Of a stretch of 64,000 bases of DNA, positions 62,680 through 64,000 are shown in pieces; the first letter of the stretch is position 1; every line of letters begins with the position of its first letter. Location: contig CAZXEG010000001.1 in NCBI GenBank assembly GCA_964639835.1, positions 1,223 to 65,222 on the forward strand, written 5' to 3'. Both the position numbers and the translations under genes were made by a program. Source of the stretch: an uncultured Candidatus Saccharibacteria bacterium. Lineage in GTDB: Bacteria; Patescibacteriota; Saccharimonadia; Saccharimonadales; Saccharimonadaceae. The notes under the pieces were generated by a model that had not been told where the DNA came from, searched no databases, and was given only the letters and a program-made list of their open reading frames with translations.

Positions 62680-64000
62680 AAAGTGGTGGGTATTGATAGC
62701 TGTATTTGTGGTGGACCTGATATGCATAGGTAATTGCGTCAGAGATACCTTTGCAGCTGGTGTGTCAGAGTTTGATGGAAATCCGACGTATGGCAAAAAG
62801 ACGGCGTGCGCAGGGTTTTATTATGGTTACCAACGATTATGTGGTACTCCGGCAGGGTCGGCTGGTGGTGGGGCTAGTTGGAGAATATATAGCACGAGCG
62901 ATTCGTCTGGTCCGGGCTATGTAGAAAGCAAAAATTTGTGGGGTGGTAATGGTGTGCCTAGTGTGACGTTGAGCACCGTACAGGCAAGTTGTCCGGCTAG
63001 TAAATATCAGTGGTATGCCGCATATGGCTGGGAGGGGTCAACGGCAAAGGGCAAGGGGAAGCAGTGGGGGATAGCACAGTACGGTACTGGGGTGATTGCC
63101 TCAGCTGTTTATAATGATTATGGTGGAGTAAGCTTGGAAAGCGCAATTACGGCGATTATGTCGGGGTCAGTGAGTAGTGGTATGAAACTTAGTAGTACTG
63201 CGGATGCCCTTGCTTTGGCCGGTATAGTATCTGGCTATGAACGCAAAGCGTTTAATGCAACTACCGGGTTTTTCTGTATTGCTCAGGATGCTTTCTTAGA
63301 CAAGCCGAATAGTGATAATGCTGGTGGAGGTGGTGGAGGGGGAACCGATAATCCTGATGATAGCAGGCTTTGCGAGACATGGAAACCATCTTCTTACCAG
63401 GATTCAGGGTCGGAGGGTGGTACGACGTCGGTGGCTGAGGGTGTAATAAATCAACGCTTGCGTCAATATGGTAGCGGAACTTATAAAAAATGGCAGTGGA
63501 GCGTAAACGGAACTAGGACAACTTATGCAATGCCGACTGATACAGTAAAATGGCAAGGATGCTATTATCCGGGCGTACAGAGAGTGGATAGAAATAGAGC
63601 AGTTGTTACCGTGGGTGGCAGTGTAAGTTGGAACGGTCATGAAGGACATCATGATCAAGACTCTTGCGATGTAACACATAATGACACTACAACTGTTGTT
63701 TCATTATTAGGGGGTGAAGGTAACGATAGTGGATGGCAGAATAAGTATATTCTTTCAAAGTGGAATGGTGGCCTTGTATATTCATCAAATAGTTTTACGT
63801 TGCCAACGTCGCCGAAGGAGTTTCTAATCGGTGATTCTGCGGTTAAAACTTGGGACAAAACTCAAGAGCTAGAAATTAGCTATGTCGACGGAGGGAGAAG
63901 CTACGGTATCGAGATGAAGACTGGGAGGCCAGTGGCAATGAGTTTAGGTAATGAGGGAACTCATCCGAGAGACTGCGATTTTCACTGTGAGTGCGGGTGC
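62672..64000 (+). CDS. Large secreted Cys/Gly-rich protein (partial, runs off the right edge)
   Basis: ATG overlapping the previous stop; MSKKWWVLIAVFVVDLICIG signal; frame checked at both ends (ends DFHCECGC); not in the ORF track. Confidence 0.65.
   Translation, partial: MSKKWWVLIAVFVVDLICIGNCVRDTFAAGVSEFDGNPTYGKKTACAGFYYGYQRLCGTPAGSAGGGASWRIYSTSDSSGPGYVESKNLWGGNGVPSVTLSTVQASCPASKYQWYAAYGWEGSTAKGKGKQWGIAQYGTGVIASAVYNDYGGVSLESAITAIMSGSVSSGMKLSSTADALALAGIVSGYERKAFNATTGFFCIAQDAFLDKPNSDNAGGGGGGGTDNPDDSRLCETWKPSSYQDSGSEGGTTSVAEGVINQRLRQYGSGTYKKWQWSVNGTRTTYAMPTDTVKWQGCYYPGVQRVDRNRAVVTVGGSVSWNGHEGHHDQDSCDVTHNDTTTVVSLLGGEGNDSGWQNKYILSKWNGGLVYSSNSFTLPTSPKEFLIGDSAVKTWDKTQELEISYVDGGRSYGIEMKTGRPVAMSLGNEGTHPRDCDFHCECGC

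Overview
Bacterial chromosome segment. The gene set and style (minor-pilin cluster, CPR-type VirB6-like protein, short HrcA and TsaB, many -10-to-ATG leaderless starts, G-rich + strand) fit Patescibacteria/CPR, probably Saccharimonadia; this is inference and no database search was run. Core genes: pgi, gpmI, tpiA, class I fba, adk, hrcA-grpE, rplY, folD, murB, recA-NUDIX-recX, truB, rpsO, pnp, lepA, galU-like, clpC-clpP, tsaB/E, murC, and 5 tRNAs (Leu-CAG, Ile-UAU, fMet, Gly-UCC, His-GUG). Accessory content: a complete agmatine deiminase energy pathway, a FISUMP-domain surface gene whose 3' end looks like a DGR variable region, and an island of surface proteins (31-41.7 kb). The most unusual signal is a set of palindromic elements. 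(i) Two related multi-stem elements sit in-frame inside lepA and truB, in opposite coding orientations, sharing a 27/29-nt core but with unrelated, near-perfect outer stems. (ii) Four copies of a two-hairpin repeat follow + strand genes, with conserved linkers and fully compensated variable stems. No transposase, integrase, reverse transcriptase, rRNA or CRISPR array is visible in the window.
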